Below, piece after piece: positions 1 to 9,428 of a stretch of 64,000 bases of DNA. Origin of the DNA: a virus. Its lineage: Duplodnaviria > Caudoviricetes. The translations under genes and the position numbers were made by a program. The stretch is taken from the IMG/VR virus record IMGVR_UViG_3300015050_001523, positions 64,001 through 128,000 of that record; one strand, written 5' to 3'. The notes under the pieces are model-generated. The model saw nothing but the letters and a program-made list of their open reading frames with translations. It did no database searches and was not told the DNA's origin. Numbering within the stretch: position 1 is the stretch's first letter; each line of letters begins with the position of its first letter.

Positions 1-42
1 GTCTTGGTCCACATAATTAACAGTAAGATTGAGTGACATTAT

Positions 43-426
43 TTATTCCTTTTTGGATGGTTGTCCTGGAAGTAAAGCTTGACCCTCTTTTTCAATTTCG
101 ACTAAAATATCTAATCCATATGTTCTATATGCCTCCCAAGAAGTAAGGCAGCGTCCAGTTGCTTTTGGTGAATATTCACTAATTTGAAATGTAGAGCAAA
201 CATAAATTTTAGTGGAGGCACGAGCGCGTTCATCTATGTTGGTTAATTTACCGGGGCCGAAAATACGATCCAATAAAACTGGATCATAATTTTCTTTATT
301 TTTCAAATCCAATTTAGTTCGCAACGATTCAAGTGCTATAATAGCATCTCTCGCAGCAAGTGGAGCGATACTATTTAGTGCATTTAATGCCATTTCGATA
401 GTGTTTAGATTCTCAAATATTGTCAT
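43..426 (-). CDS. hypothetical protein
   Basis: ORF tiles with minus-strand run; no motif recognised. Confidence 0.65.
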   Translation of the reverse strand: MTIFENLNTIEMALNALNSIAPLAARDAIIALESLRTKLDLKNKENYDPVLLDRIFGPGKLTNIDERARASTKIYVCSTFQISEYSPKATGRCLTSWEAYRTYGLDILVEIEKEGQALLPGQPSKKE

Positions 427-459
427 AAATAAAACTTTTTTATCGCTAATTTGTAGCTT

Positions 460-729
460 TCAATATCGCTCAGGCCAAAAGTGTCCTGTATCCATTGCCG
501 AGTCATTCGGGGAATAGGAGCGGCTGGCAATACGTTGTTCTGCTGCCCTCTCTGCTGCCATCTTTTCTTTCCAGTGGCGTGATAGATCTTGGTCGACATC
601 CTCAGATTGGACAAGTCTTTCAATAACTTGTTTGATATATTCTTGCGACTCTTTTGATTTTTCTTGATTACAAGAAAATTTGCAAGAAAGTTTGAATGCT
701 TTTAGGAGTTCTGGATATGAAGGTTTCAT
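460..729 (-). CDS. hypothetical protein
   Basis: Starts 4 nt after clpS stop; preferred over overlapping frame 423..623. Confidence 0.55.
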   Translation of the reverse strand: MKPSYPELLKAFKLSCKFSCNQEKSKESQEYIKQVIERLVQSEDVDQDLSRHWKEKMAAERAAEQRIASRSYSPNDSAMDTGHFWPERY

Positions 730-732
730 AAT

Positions 733-1029
733 TTATTCTTCTTTAATTGTTACAAGTAGAGGATGCTCAGTAAGCTTTATAATATTGGTAACTTCTAGAA
801 GTTTGGTTTCAGCAATTTCATATGTATATGAACCTGCGCTTCCAATTCCTTTTTTATGTGTTTCAGAAGCAATAAATTCTGCTTCTTCTCTTGTTTTATG
901 AAATACTTTTTGTAATAGTTCGACTACAAATGTGGCTGGCGTGTAGTCGTCATTATGAAAAAGTACAACATATTTTTTTGGCCTCTTTAATTTAAATTCA
1001 GACTTGTCAATCGTTTTAGTTTGAGACAT
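733..1029 (-). CDS. clpS: ATP-dependent Clp protease adaptor ClpS
   Basis: YVVLFHNDDYTP..FVVELLQKVF..ETHKKG..YTYEIAETK..HPL matches ClpS signature; SD and promoter upstream. Confidence 0.93.
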   Translation of the reverse strand: MSQTKTIDKSEFKLKRPKKYVVLFHNDDYTPATFVVELLQKVFHKTREEAEFIASETHKKGIGSAGSYTYEIAETKLLEVTNIIKLTEHPLLVTIKEE

Positions 1030-1049
1030 ATAGTGCCCCCTTCACTAAC

Positions 1050-1077
1050 AGAATAGCATGCCAAAAGAAGATGTCAA
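1050..1077 (-). promoter_or_regulatory. sigma70-like promoter of clpS
   Basis: TTGACA-16nt(ending TGC)-TATTCT. Confidence 0.75.
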
Positions 1078-1379
1078 ATGTCTTTAACGACTTTAACGTC
1101 TGAGATTGACATCATCACATATCCAGCTGGGATGCCGAAATGGCCACCTTTAACGATATGTGTGACGACACAAGTCAACTCTCGACCAGTATAGCCTTCG
1201 CTATGACCGTCGATGATAATAGCTTCTGGCCAGCGCTCAAACGGCCTGTACTCGCGCAGATGTAGGACATCGCCAACTTGGAATTGTTGGCGATCAGCAA
1301 GACGAAACTCGGCTCGCTTGGAACCATCGAGCACCGATTGAAACGGACTTGGCCAAGTCTTGAGTTCGTGCGTTGTCAT
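1074..1379 (-). CDS. ASCH/PUA-like (DUF3850-type) protein
   Basis: HELKTWPSPFQSVLDGSKRAEFR..DR..FQVGDVLHLREY..YTGREL pattern. Confidence 0.8.
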   Translation of the reverse strand: MTTHELKTWPSPFQSVLDGSKRAEFRLADRQQFQVGDVLHLREYRPFERWPEAIIIDGHSEGYTGRELTCVVTHIVKGGHFGIPAGYVMMSISDVKVVKDI

Positions 1380-1843
1380 TAATTATAGCGATCCTTAATA
1401 GTAATTCCATCTTCAGTAACAACTTTATCTGCCATTCGTAAAGGTTCTAAACCTCCGCGAACCCCCCAATCTCCCCTCGAATTTTGAAATACTTCATGGA
1501 TTTCATTAGGGCGACCCAAACAATCTGCAAAGCAGAACGTAGCTTTTTTATATCCTGAAATATTTGAAAGAATATAATTAAGAGATTTTATCCTTTTAAT
1601 TTCTTTCCAATAGTCTTGTTCAGAATATTCTTGATCATTTAAAAAATAAAATTTTCCATATGTATATTCACAAGCGGGGCCATCTTCTCGATGAAGTTTA
1701 TTGTGAATCCAATATTCTTTATCTCCATTTTTCCGTTCAATGGCAGGAAGATTTCCGTCTCGATGAAATTTATCATTTAAGTAATAAAATTTCGTTCCAT
1801 ATTGATTAATGATCAATCCGTCTCTAATAATGTTTCCCATCAT
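1379..1843 (-). CDS. HREDGPA-repeat family protein, copy 1 (long unique C-tail)
   Basis: HRDGNLPA/HREDGPA repeats plus YWKEIKRIKSLNYILSN. Confidence 0.8.
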   Translation of the reverse strand: MMGNIIRDGLIINQYGTKFYYLNDKFHRDGNLPAIERKNGDKEYWIHNKLHREDGPACEYTYGKFYFLNDQEYSEQDYWKEIKRIKSLNYILSNISGYKKATFCFADCLGRPNEIHEVFQNSRGDWGVRGGLEPLRMADKVVTEDGITIKDRYN

Positions 1844-1852
1844 AATATTTTC

Positions 1853-2569
1853 CTATAAATTTTTTACAAAATCAAATAAATTTTCTTCACTATCTGAAGT
1901 TAGAATATTTTTAAAATTTGCACGAGGTTCAAGAATTTGCAACATTTTATATAGGCGATCTGGATTATGGTCGCAAAATTCTGCCAAATTATTAAAGAAA
2001 TCTTCTTTTAACTTAAAAGTTCTCGAAATAAATTCATCACTATCAAGATCTTCTTTTGAGATTTTCGACACAAAATCTAGAAATGCATTGAAATAAACTT
2101 CATTTTGTTTAATTTTTTCAAGATCAATTTTAAATCCGGTTATTTCAAATTGATCACTCATATCAAGCTTAAGCTCTTTTTCAATTTTTTCTTGCTTTTC
2201 AGCAGTAAAATTTACATAACTTGTCATCACATAATCAACACTTGATCGTAACGCTTTCCATGTTCTTGTTGGCGGTCTTTCTTTTTCTCTCGCCCAGTTT
2301 TTAGAAAAGTTTTCAAGAAGAAAATTCTTTATTGTTGATTTATGCTCTAAAACTTTTAGAGCGGCAGAACTAACAACAGAATATGCAGCAGCAAATTCAT
2401 CCATCAAATCTGACAATGATTTATTATCGATATTTGAATCAATTGGAAAATGTGAGACCGGTTTCTCTTTTTTATAAGAGGATTTTTTATTTGTTGATTT
2501 TATTTTTTTTGGATTTAAAAAATCCTCTTTAAAGTCTTTATCTTTTTCAAGATTTTTTGCGGTTGACAT
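1853..2569 (-). CDS. hypothetical protein
   Basis: 238-aa ORF tiling with neighbours. Confidence 0.7.
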   Translation of the reverse strand: MSTAKNLEKDKDFKEDFLNPKKIKSTNKKSSYKKEKPVSHFPIDSNIDNKSLSDLMDEFAAAYSVVSSAALKVLEHKSTIKNFLLENFSKNWAREKERPPTRTWKALRSSVDYVMTSYVNFTAEKQEKIEKELKLDMSDQFEITGFKIDLEKIKQNEVYFNAFLDFVSKISKEDLDSDEFISRTFKLKEDFFNNLAEFCDHNPDRLYKMLQILEPRANFKNILTSDSEENLFDFVKNL

Positions 2570-2586
2570 TTTTGAACTTTCTTTAT

Positions 2587-2907
2587 TTATGAACCAATAA
2601 TTCTAACAGTGTAAATCTTTTTGCCTGGAATTTTTTGATCCGGTTGATGAATCATAAATTGGACTTCTAATTCTGTTGATATGTTATGGACTTCAGCTAT
2701 AACCTCTAATTTTGATAAATATTCCAAGCCTGAAATCTCTACACTATTTTTTATTGAACCATGATGTTTAATGTCAAAAATAAATGTTTTTACTGCTTTA
2801 TTAAGCCGCAAAAATTCTGATGTTTTTGCGACTTCTAGTTCTCGCCGTTCAAAATCTTCTTTTATTGCTCTGTTTTTATTTAGTTGATCAAGTAAATTAT
2901 TTGACAT
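2587..2907 (-). CDS. hypothetical protein
   Basis: Tiling ORF. Confidence 0.65.
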   Translation of the reverse strand: MSNNLLDQLNKNRAIKEDFERRELEVAKTSEFLRLNKAVKTFIFDIKHHGSIKNSVEISGLEYLSKLEVIAEVHNISTELEVQFMIHQPDQKIPGKKIYTVRIIGS

Positions 2908-2910
2908 AAT

Positions 2911-3294
2911 TTATGCTCCAAGTTTCTTGGAAAGTTCAAGGACAGGAGCAAGGAAATTTTCTATTTTGGTACTATAATCAGAAATCAAATCATATCCATA
3001 ATTTCCAAACACAAGAAAAATTGATCCAATAGGTTCATCAGATTCTTTTTCAAAAATATAAACAATTGCCTCATCTAAATTAAATAGAAGATCTTTTATA
3101 TCTTCATCATAATAAATGTCTTCCTTATCTTCTTCATATTTCTCGTCATCAATAATCTTTAAAATATGCCCAGTTTTTTTAGCTTCGTCAATTAAACAAT
3201 CAACAATTGCTAATTCTAGCATTGCACGCGCCCGACATGAATCATCATACTTATTCAAGATTTCAATATCTTTATCTGTCATTAAAATTTGCAT
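2911..3294 (-). CDS. hypothetical acidic protein
   Basis: Tiling ORF. Confidence 0.7.
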   Translation of the reverse strand: MQILMTDKDIEILNKYDDSCRARAMLELAIVDCLIDEAKKTGHILKIIDDEKYEEDKEDIYYDEDIKDLLFNLDEAIVYIFEKESDEPIGSIFLVFGNYGYDLISDYSTKIENFLAPVLELSKKLGA

Positions 3295-3305
3295 AATTGT
3301 TATTC

Positions 3306-3608
3306 TTATTCAGAAGGATCATTTAAGTGTTCAATTTTGAACAAAGTTTTCATTTTTGATGGATTAGAATCTGATGGATCTCTAGAGCTTTGGCACCATT
3401 CATAAACTTCACAAACATATAAATCTTCAGAATCGTCGCCACAAAAAAAGTTCGGAATGCTTCTTAGCATTTCTTCCAAAAAATTAGAAGAATCTTCTAC
3501 TATTGTTCCGTAATGGAGATTAAATCTACAAAGAATATAACGATCTCCTTCAACGGCTATTGAAGATTTACTATCTTGTGGAATTGAAAACATATTTTGT
3601 GACGACAT
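3306..3608 (-). CDS. hypothetical protein
   Basis: Tiling ORF. Confidence 0.65.
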   Translation of the reverse strand: MSSQNMFSIPQDSKSSIAVEGDRYILCRFNLHYGTIVEDSSNFLEEMLRSIPNFFCGDDSEDLYVCEVYEWCQSSRDPSDSNPSKMKTLFKIEHLNDPSE

Positions 3609-3625
3609 TCTGAAGATTTTATTTA

Positions 3626-3913
3626 TTATTTAACAATAATTACTGTTGGATTGGTTTCCATTGCCTGTGGCTCTGAAAGTGATGGCTCTCCATCTCCATC
3701 TCCATCTCCATCTCCATCTCCATCTCCATCTCCATCTCCATCTCCGGTCTCAGTAGAGCCAAGATCAGGGCCTGATGATGATTCAGTGGTTGAAGTTTCA
3801 ACAGCATCAACATCGTCGGTTGGGCTGCATGAAGTTCCTGAACATGCAGTAAGCATGGTTGCAAAAATTGCAGCAATTATAGTATTTTTGGTTTTGATTT
3901 TATTAGTTAACAT
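3626..3913 (-). CDS. putative lipoprotein with (Gly-Asp)9 repeat
   Basis: Basic N-terminus, hydrophobic stretch, lipobox LTAC, S/T-rich linker, GD repeat. Confidence 0.75.
   Translation of the reverse strand: MLTNKIKTKNTIIAAIFATMLTACSGTSCSPTDDVDAVETSTTESSSGPDLGSTETGDGDGDGDGDGDGDGDGDGEPSLSEPQAMETNPTVIIVK
3691..3744. repeat. hexamer tandem repeat (CATCTC)x9
   Basis: Nine perfect copies counted; encodes the GD repeat. Confidence 0.95.
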
Positions 3914-4011
3914 ATTAGTTTCTTCTCTTTCTATTTTTATATAACCGATTTATTTATCGGGAATGGCTAATTTACAATATATAAAAGGAGTTTTATACAC
4001 TTCCTCTAATT

Positions 4012-4305
4012 TTAGTTTGAAAAATTAGCAGGTTCTGGATTATAACGAATTACATGTCCTTCGTAATCAAATGGAATGTCCTTCTCATTTTCTTCTGGAT
4101 GCACAATTAGATAATTTTCTTTTTTATAAGAAGCCAAATTTGCAATGTGTTCTGTGCAAGTTTGTCCCATTTTTACTGTGTTATCCGCCCAGAATCTGGC
4201 CCTTTCATTTCGAAAGTAAACAAGAGGGTGTTTTTTACTCTGAATCATAAAGCAATGCTGCATTGAACGAGAGTAACATGAACTTAGAACGTTGTCAATG
4301 ATCAT
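4012..4305 (-). CDS. hypothetical protein
   Basis: Tiling ORF; true start may be a downstream Met. Confidence 0.55.
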   Translation of the reverse strand: MIIDNVLSSCYSRSMQHCFMIQSKKHPLVYFRNERARFWADNTVKMGQTCTEHIANLASYKKENYLIVHPEENEKDIPFDYEGHVIRYNPEPANFSN

Positions 4306-4354
4306 ATTTTTGTTGGCTTTCTTTTGTTTGTAATCTCTTTTTATGGAATTTTTA

Positions 4355-4660
4355 TTAGCGTAATAGCCACCAAATTTTTATTTTTCGCCAAAATGTTCGC
4401 CAAAATGTAACTTTAACTTCTGGCAGACTCTCCTTATAATTGGAACAATCTCCATTTTCATTAATGTCCTTACAAAAGCCATATACATGGTCTCCTGACA
4501 CATAATCTGGCCTTATTAGAGCCAAAGAACATTTCCATTGATCGCTATGAAAATGAATATATTCATTCAGAGTTTTTTTCAAGCAATAATCACAATTTGC
4601 ACATATCGATTGGTTTGTTTTGGTTATTGACTTATATGGACTAAGTTCTTTAGATGACAT
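4355..4660 (-). CDS. Cys-rich hypothetical protein
   Basis: CANCDYC..C..C..C. Confidence 0.6.
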   Translation of the reverse strand: MSSKELSPYKSITKTNQSICANCDYCLKKTLNEYIHFHSDQWKCSLALIRPDYVSGDHVYGFCKDINENGDCSNYKESLPEVKVTFWRTFWRKIKIWWLLR

Positions 4661-4662
4661 AG

Positions 4663-5388
4663 TTATTCAACCCAATAAAAAACGCGATTACCATTATAAT
4701 TTCGGAATTCGTGCTTTAGTCGGCCATAAGACTCATCTTTTTTAAGGGCATGAATAGCATCTGAAACCGTGCTATGTGAAAAATCATGACGAGCAGATGA
4801 CATAATGTGAGACTTAAGCTCTTCAATTGTAAGGGCGGCTTTGGGGCCAGTAGGAAGCTGCGAAAGCCCAAGCCGAACAAGTTCAATTGGGTCTTTTACT
4901 TTTGGAAGGCTTTCCAAATTTGTTCGGTCAATTTTTTCTGGTGCTTCTACCTTTTCCTCTTCAACTATTTCTTCAATTAGTCCTTCTGATTCATGACGAG
5001 CAAGCCAAAAAAGCTGGCCCTTCTTTTTATTGTTATCGAGAACAATTTTCTTCTCAACAAGCTCCAAAAGAGAAGGTCGAATTTTTGCATCATAAGTTCC
5101 AATTTTCTCGCACAAAAGCTTGCGAGAAACTCGACCTTTTTCTTCTTCTAGAACCTTTAGAATTTCTGCCTTGTAGTCAAGCCCAGCGTTGCTTGCTGGG
5201 GCTTCGTTTGTTGCCATTCCATATTTTGTGCCGCGCTTCTCTCCAGTCTTCTTTACTTCACCAGACTCGATAAGACTGGCGAGCTGTACACGCAAGATAA
5301 CAGGGTCAGAACCAGTTAGCTCGACAAGGGTGCCCATTGATAGCCAAGGCTGACTGTTTAGTGCTTCCAAAAGGTTCATGATGGTCAT
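4663..5388 (-). CDS. multi winged-helix-like DNA-binding protein
   Basis: Repeated helix-helix-wing patterns (LIESGEVKKTGEKRGTKY; LVEKKIVLDNNKKKGQLFW); promoter 7 nt upstream of ATG. Confidence 0.6.
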   Translation of the reverse strand: MTIMNLLEALNSQPWLSMGTLVELTGSDPVILRVQLASLIESGEVKKTGEKRGTKYGMATNEAPASNAGLDYKAEILKVLEEEKGRVSRKLLCEKIGTYDAKIRPSLLELVEKKIVLDNNKKKGQLFWLARHESEGLIEEIVEEEKVEAPEKIDRTNLESLPKVKDPIELVRLGLSQLPTGPKAALTIEELKSHIMSSARHDFSHSTVSDAIHALKKDESYGRLKHEFRNYNGNRVFYWVE

Positions 5389-5394
5389 GGATTC

Positions 5395-5422
5395 AGTATA
5401 GCACCGTTCGCCCTGATCGCAA
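5395..5422 (-). promoter_or_regulatory. sigma70-like promoter (leaderless start at 5388)
   Basis: TTGCGA-16-TATACT. Confidence 0.7.
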
Positions 5423-5437
5423 GGAAAGAATGGAAGA

Positions 5438-5974
5438 TTAAATTATTGGAGTTAGATCATCTTCTATAATTGAAGGATGGGGCTCTAATTCTTTAGGTTT
5501 CTCAAATAGCCATTTTAATAAATTTTCAAACGACTCATTATTATCAACAATATAAGTCCATGGCAAATTGTAATTATTATATTCATTTGAAACAAAGTTT
5601 GTTGAGCTTCCTTTTAGGAATTTTTCACTAAAATGGAGGACAATAGAGGAATCACCATCAATCCATTCAAAACAAAAATTTTTGTCTCCATCACTATAGA
5701 TAAAAGGATTAGGGTATTTTAATAAATTAGAAATATATAAATTGGTAAGAAGTGAAATTTCATTTTCATTTAGATTTGAGCCCTTTAATAAATCAACTAA
5801 ATAATTTTTTAATCTAATTTTTCCATTTTCTTCTTCCTCCAAAATTTCTTCATCGTCCATTTCATCATCTATTAAGATTTTGGTCCATTTTTTCCATTTT
5901 AGTATTGACAATAAAACCAAAATGAAAGGAATAGAAGAAACTGTAATTGCAAATATAAATATTATTTGTTGCAT
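5438..5974 (-). CDS. membrane-anchored hypothetical protein
   Basis: N-terminal hydrophobic helix. Confidence 0.65.
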   Translation of the reverse strand: MQQIIFIFAITVSSIPFILVLLSILKWKKWTKILIDDEMDDEEILEEEENGKIRLKNYLVDLLKGSNLNENEISLLTNLYISNLLKYPNPFIYSDGDKNFCFEWIDGDSSIVLHFSEKFLKGSSTNFVSNEYNNYNLPWTYIVDNNESFENLLKWLFEKPKELEPHPSIIEDDLTPII

Positions 5975-5980
5975 AAATTA

Positions 5981-6334
5981 TTATTTTTTTAGATTTGTTA
6001 AAATATAATTGAGAGATTTTCTCTTTTTGATTTCTTCCCAATAATATTGTTCAGAGAATTCTTTTCCATTTAAGATATAAGCTTTATATCCTCTTTTTAT
6101 ATATTCAATAGCTGGTCCATCTTCTCTATGATATTGGCCATTTATATAATAAGATTTATCTCCATTAAAATATTCAATAGCAGGAAGATTTCCGTCTCGA
6201 TGAAACTTTCCATGAATAAAATAAGCTTTAGTTCCATCTTTATCTTCGAAAGCGGGTCCATCTTCTCGATGAAGAATATCATTTAAATAATGTCGCCTAT
6301 TTCCAAATTCGTCAATAATTAATCCATTTCTCAT
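5981..6334 (-). CDS. HREDGPA-repeat family protein, copy 2
   Basis: MRNGLIIDEFG start, three repeats, KSLNYILTN end. Confidence 0.85.
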   Translation of the reverse strand: MRNGLIIDEFGNRRHYLNDILHREDGPAFEDKDGTKAYFIHGKFHRDGNLPAIEYFNGDKSYYINGQYHREDGPAIEYIKRGYKAYILNGKEFSEQYYWEEIKKRKSLNYILTNLKK

Positions 6335-6342
6335 ATTTATAA

Positions 6343-6717
6343 CTACTTTTTGATGACGGCGACCAGGTTGTTCAGCCCGGTAAGAATATAATTTAGAGAT
6401 TTTCTTCTTTTAATTTCTTCCCAATAATAAGCTTCTTCAAAATATCTTTCTCCATTTAAATAATATTCTTTATCCCCATCTGAAAATTCAATGGCAGGTC
6501 CATTTTCTCGGTGAAGCCGTCCATTAATATAATAATTTTTCTTTCCGGTCGCCCATTCTATTGCAGGAAGATTTCCATCACGATGAGTTTCTCCATGAAT
6601 CATCCATTGTTTGTCTCCATTTATATTTTCAAATGCTGGTCCATCTTCTCTATGACGTCTATCATTTAGGTAATAACTCTTATTTCCAAATTCATCAATA
6701 ATTAATCCATTTTTCAT
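6343..6717 (-). CDS. HREDGPA-repeat family protein, copy 3
   Basis: MKNGLIIDEFG start, three repeats, KSLNYILT end. Confidence 0.85.
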   Translation of the reverse strand: MKNGLIIDEFGNKSYYLNDRRHREDGPAFENINGDKQWMIHGETHRDGNLPAIEWATGKKNYYINGRLHRENGPAIEFSDGDKEYYLNGERYFEEAYYWEEIKRRKSLNYILTGLNNLVAVIKK

Positions 6718-6736
6718 TTTTATAATTCCTTATAAA

Positions 6737-7942
6737 TTAGTTTTTGTTTTTCCATTCAAACTTTTTGTAATTTTCTTTTAGCCACAATTCAAATTTTGAC
6801 AAAACATCATCAATTTGATTTGTCATAAATTCTGCTGAATTCTTAAAGAAGAATGATTGAATCTTTTGATCAGCATGCTTTTGCACAAAAATCGCAAAAT
6901 CTTTCCTGGATGAAAATTCATTCTTTGAAATAAGTTCTGCAACATTCATTGCATTTAGTTCGATTTCTGAAGCATTATGCTTAATTTCGTCTGCAAATAA
7001 CTTTAATCGATCGCTAAGAACATCATAAACATCATCAATAAATCCTAAAAATATTGAATCAATAATTTGATTTTTGCTGTGCTCAATATCTCCACCACCA
7101 ACATGATGAAGGCTAACATATTTTGCATTCTTCATTTTGGCGATTGGACACAAATTTTCATCATAAACAACATATCCTTCAGGATATTTTCCATGATCTT
7201 CTATCTCTGACATTTTCTCAACAAAGAGTTTAACATCTTCTAGTGATTTATAACCAAGCAACCCAGGGAAAACTCTATGAGAAGTTACAATATTAGCTTC
7301 TGAAAATGCCCCATATAATATTTCATCATAAAGCTGAATATTACATTCATACCCCCCAGAATTACGATTTCTTGCTCCCAACAAAACAGCATGATCAAAA
7401 GGGTACTTTGTAACAATTCTGTTCTCTTCTGTGCAAAGCTCAAAAATATATGTAAATTCTTGGTTTAATTTATCCCAAAAAATGTCTCCAATTGTATCAA
7501 AAAAAAGTTGTTCAAATGTTTTATTTGCTTCGTGAGCATTTAATGTCGTGATTGAGCCAAGAGTAGAAATTTTCCATTCAATTCCAGAATGCCAAAGTTG
7601 AATGCATGTCCCATCTGACTTAATTGCCAAACTTAAATTTGGCAACCTTTCATTAAAAACCTTTGGATCAAAGATGGGGCAATGTCCTTCATGCTGATTG
7701 AAAAATTTATCAAATGGTCGGGCCATAAAGGCCCAATTTCCATTTTCATTTCTTAGGATTGAGCCACGACATTCTTTCGTAATTGGTTCTCCCCAATTGG
7801 CCGTAATCATTCCATATTTAAAAAGAAAAAATCCATCTTCTTCTTTGACATTTACTCCAAATTTTTGAGAAAAATCATTTTTAATGGCTTCATAATCACT
7901 TTTGGAATGATTAAGGTTTAAGTATTGAAGAAGATGGCTCAT
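6737..7942 (-). CDS. RNA ligase (T4 Rnl1-like nucleotidyltransferase)
   Basis: ECRGSIL, RPFDKFFN, motif I KSDGT, YIFEL..ENRIVTKY, PEGYVV, KMK. Confidence 0.85.
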   Translation of the reverse strand: MSHLLQYLNLNHSKSDYEAIKNDFSQKFGVNVKEEDGFFLFKYGMITANWGEPITKECRGSILRNENGNWAFMARPFDKFFNQHEGHCPIFDPKVFNERLPNLSLAIKSDGTCIQLWHSGIEWKISTLGSITTLNAHEANKTFEQLFFDTIGDIFWDKLNQEFTYIFELCTEENRIVTKYPFDHAVLLGARNRNSGGYECNIQLYDEILYGAFSEANIVTSHRVFPGLLGYKSLEDVKLFVEKMSEIEDHGKYPEGYVVYDENLCPIAKMKNAKYVSLHHVGGGDIEHSKNQIIDSIFLGFIDDVYDVLSDRLKLFADEIKHNASEIELNAMNVAELISKNEFSSRKDFAIFVQKHADQKIQSFFFKNSAEFMTNQIDDVLSKFELWLKENYKKFEWKNKN

Positions 7943-7948
7943 GATAAG

Positions 7949-7977
7949 AGGTTAGCATTGCTTTCATGTTGTGTCAA
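7949..7977 (-). promoter_or_regulatory. sigma70-like promoter (leaderless RNA ligase start)
   Basis: TTGACA-17-TAACCT, ATG 7 nt downstream. Confidence 0.7.
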
Positions 7978-8297
7978 GGCGTCCATCGATTTTTTTGAAC
8001 AAGACAATTTAAAACTTTGGGTTTATAATCGGGTGAATGCATTGAAAATATAACATCGGGTTCGTTATATTTTTTTCTAATGCTTGAAAGAATATAATTA
8101 AGAGACTTTCTCTTTTTAATTTCTTTCCAATAATATTCTTCAAGATATTCAATTCCACTTATATAATATTCTTTATTTCCATTTGGGAATTCAATTGCTG
8201 GCCCGTCTTCTCGGTGAAGAAAATCGTTTAAATAATGTCGCTTAGCCTTATCACTAATTTTAATAAAAATTCCAGTTTTCTTCATTTTTATTCCCAT
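7974..8297 (-). CDS. HREDGPA-repeat family protein, copy 4 (single repeat; start probably 8285)
   Basis: HREDGPA plus KSLNYILSS. Confidence 0.75.
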   Translation of the reverse strand: MGIKMKKTGIFIKISDKAKRHYLNDFLHREDGPAIEFPNGNKEYYISGIEYLEEYYWKEIKKRKSLNYILSSIRKKYNEPDVIFSMHSPDYKPKVLNCLVQKNRWTP

Positions 8298-8722
8298 CTA
8301 TATATTTTTGTTTTATTTTTTATTATTTTTTTCAAGTATTCGCAAAAAATAAAATTGAGAGATTTTATTCTTTTGATTTCTTCCCAATAATCTTGTTCGG
8401 AAAATCTTATATGATTTAAGTAATAATGATTTCCATTAGCAAACTCTCTAGCTGGACCGTTTTCTCTATGATATTTTCCATAAACAAGATAAGTCTTTTC
8501 TCCATTTGGCCATTCAATGGCAGGAAGATTTCCTTCTCGATGAAGTTTTCCATGAAGATAGTAAAATTTATTTCCGCTTAGAAATTCAACAGCAGGACCA
8601 CCTTCTCTATGAAGAAGACCATTTAAATAATAATATTTGGTTCCAGATTCATCAATAATTAATCCATTTTTCATATTTTATTCCCACCTGTATATTTTTG
8701 TTTTATTTTCTATTATTTTTTT
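8284..8722. repeat. ~48-bp imperfect direct repeats (8284-8332 and 8675-8722)
   Basis: Both encode KKII(K/E)NKTKIYRWE* and precede an HREDGPA gene start. Confidence 0.85.
8288..8674 (-). CDS. HREDGPA-repeat family protein, copy 5
   Basis: Three repeats, KSLNFIF; tail shared with 8678..9118. Confidence 0.85.
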   Translation of the reverse strand: MKNGLIIDESGTKYYYLNGLLHREGGPAVEFLSGNKFYYLHGKLHREGNLPAIEWPNGEKTYLVYGKYHRENGPAREFANGNHYYLNHIRFSEQDYWEEIKRIKSLNFIFCEYLKKIIKNKTKIYRWE

Positions 8723-9118
8723 AATAAATTCATCAGAAGGTTTTTCTAGTTCTTGTGGGGTGTCCTCATCTGCCATAAAGAATTTTTGAGGTTCATTAAA
8801 TGTATTTATTGTTTTTTCAAGTTCAAAATTTGGAGTTGCAACAATCCCCAATCTAAAAGATTGTTCATCCATAAAAGTTTCTAAACTATACCATTTTACA
8901 ACAGATATATCTGGAAGAAATAAAGTCGATATTCCAGCTGGAATATCTTCATTAAAAACATTTCCTCTATGATAATTTATGATTTGTTTTGATTTGATAA
9001 GAATAGATTTTATAATACATCCTCCTGGAACGTTCATGGCTTCTGTATCATTTCCAATTGAATACCATCTATTTTGAGAAATATTTGGTTTGTTAATATA
9101 AATTTTATTATTTATCAT
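8678..9118 (-). CDS. hypothetical protein
   Basis: Tiling ORF; C-terminus duplicated in the downstream gene. Confidence 0.7.
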   Translation of the reverse strand: MINNKIYINKPNISQNRWYSIGNDTEAMNVPGGCIIKSILIKSKQIINYHRGNVFNEDIPAGISTLFLPDISVVKWYSLETFMDEQSFRLGIVATPNFELEKTINTFNEPQKFFMADEDTPQELEKPSDEFIKKIIENKTKIYRWE

Positions 9119-9417
9119 ATAAATCTCTCTTTAATATTTCGGCAAAATTTTGAAAGAATATTATTAAGAGATTTTCTCTTTTTAATTTCCTGCCAATAAT
9201 CTTCTTTAGAATATTCAATATTATTTAAAAAGAAATATTCTCTTCCGTCTGGCATTAAAATGGCAGGCCCATCTTCTCTATGAAGAAGATGTCCATTAAT
9301 AATCCACTGTTTCTCGCCGTTCACCCATTCAATAGCAGGCCCATCTTCTCTATGAAGCTTATTATTTACATAATAACATTTGGTTCCACGGCCATTAACA
9401 ATTAATCCATTTAGCAT
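9115..9417 (-). CDS. HREDGPA-repeat family protein, copy 6
   Basis: Two repeats, KSLNNILS. Confidence 0.85.
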   Translation of the reverse strand: MLNGLIVNGRGTKCYYVNNKLHREDGPAIEWVNGEKQWIINGHLLHREDGPAILMPDGREYFFLNNIEYSKEDYWQEIKKRKSLNNILSKFCRNIKERFI

Positions 9418-9428
9418 TTTTTAATCCT

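Noticed and set aside
423-623. 66-aa ORF overlapping 460..729
   Set aside because: Alternative frame; 460..729 abuts clpS and fits better, though this is not certain.
3640-3944. Alternative frames giving (ME)n or (SP)n proteins
   Set aside because: By-products of the hexamer repeat; the GD frame has a lipoprotein signal and tiles with its neighbours.
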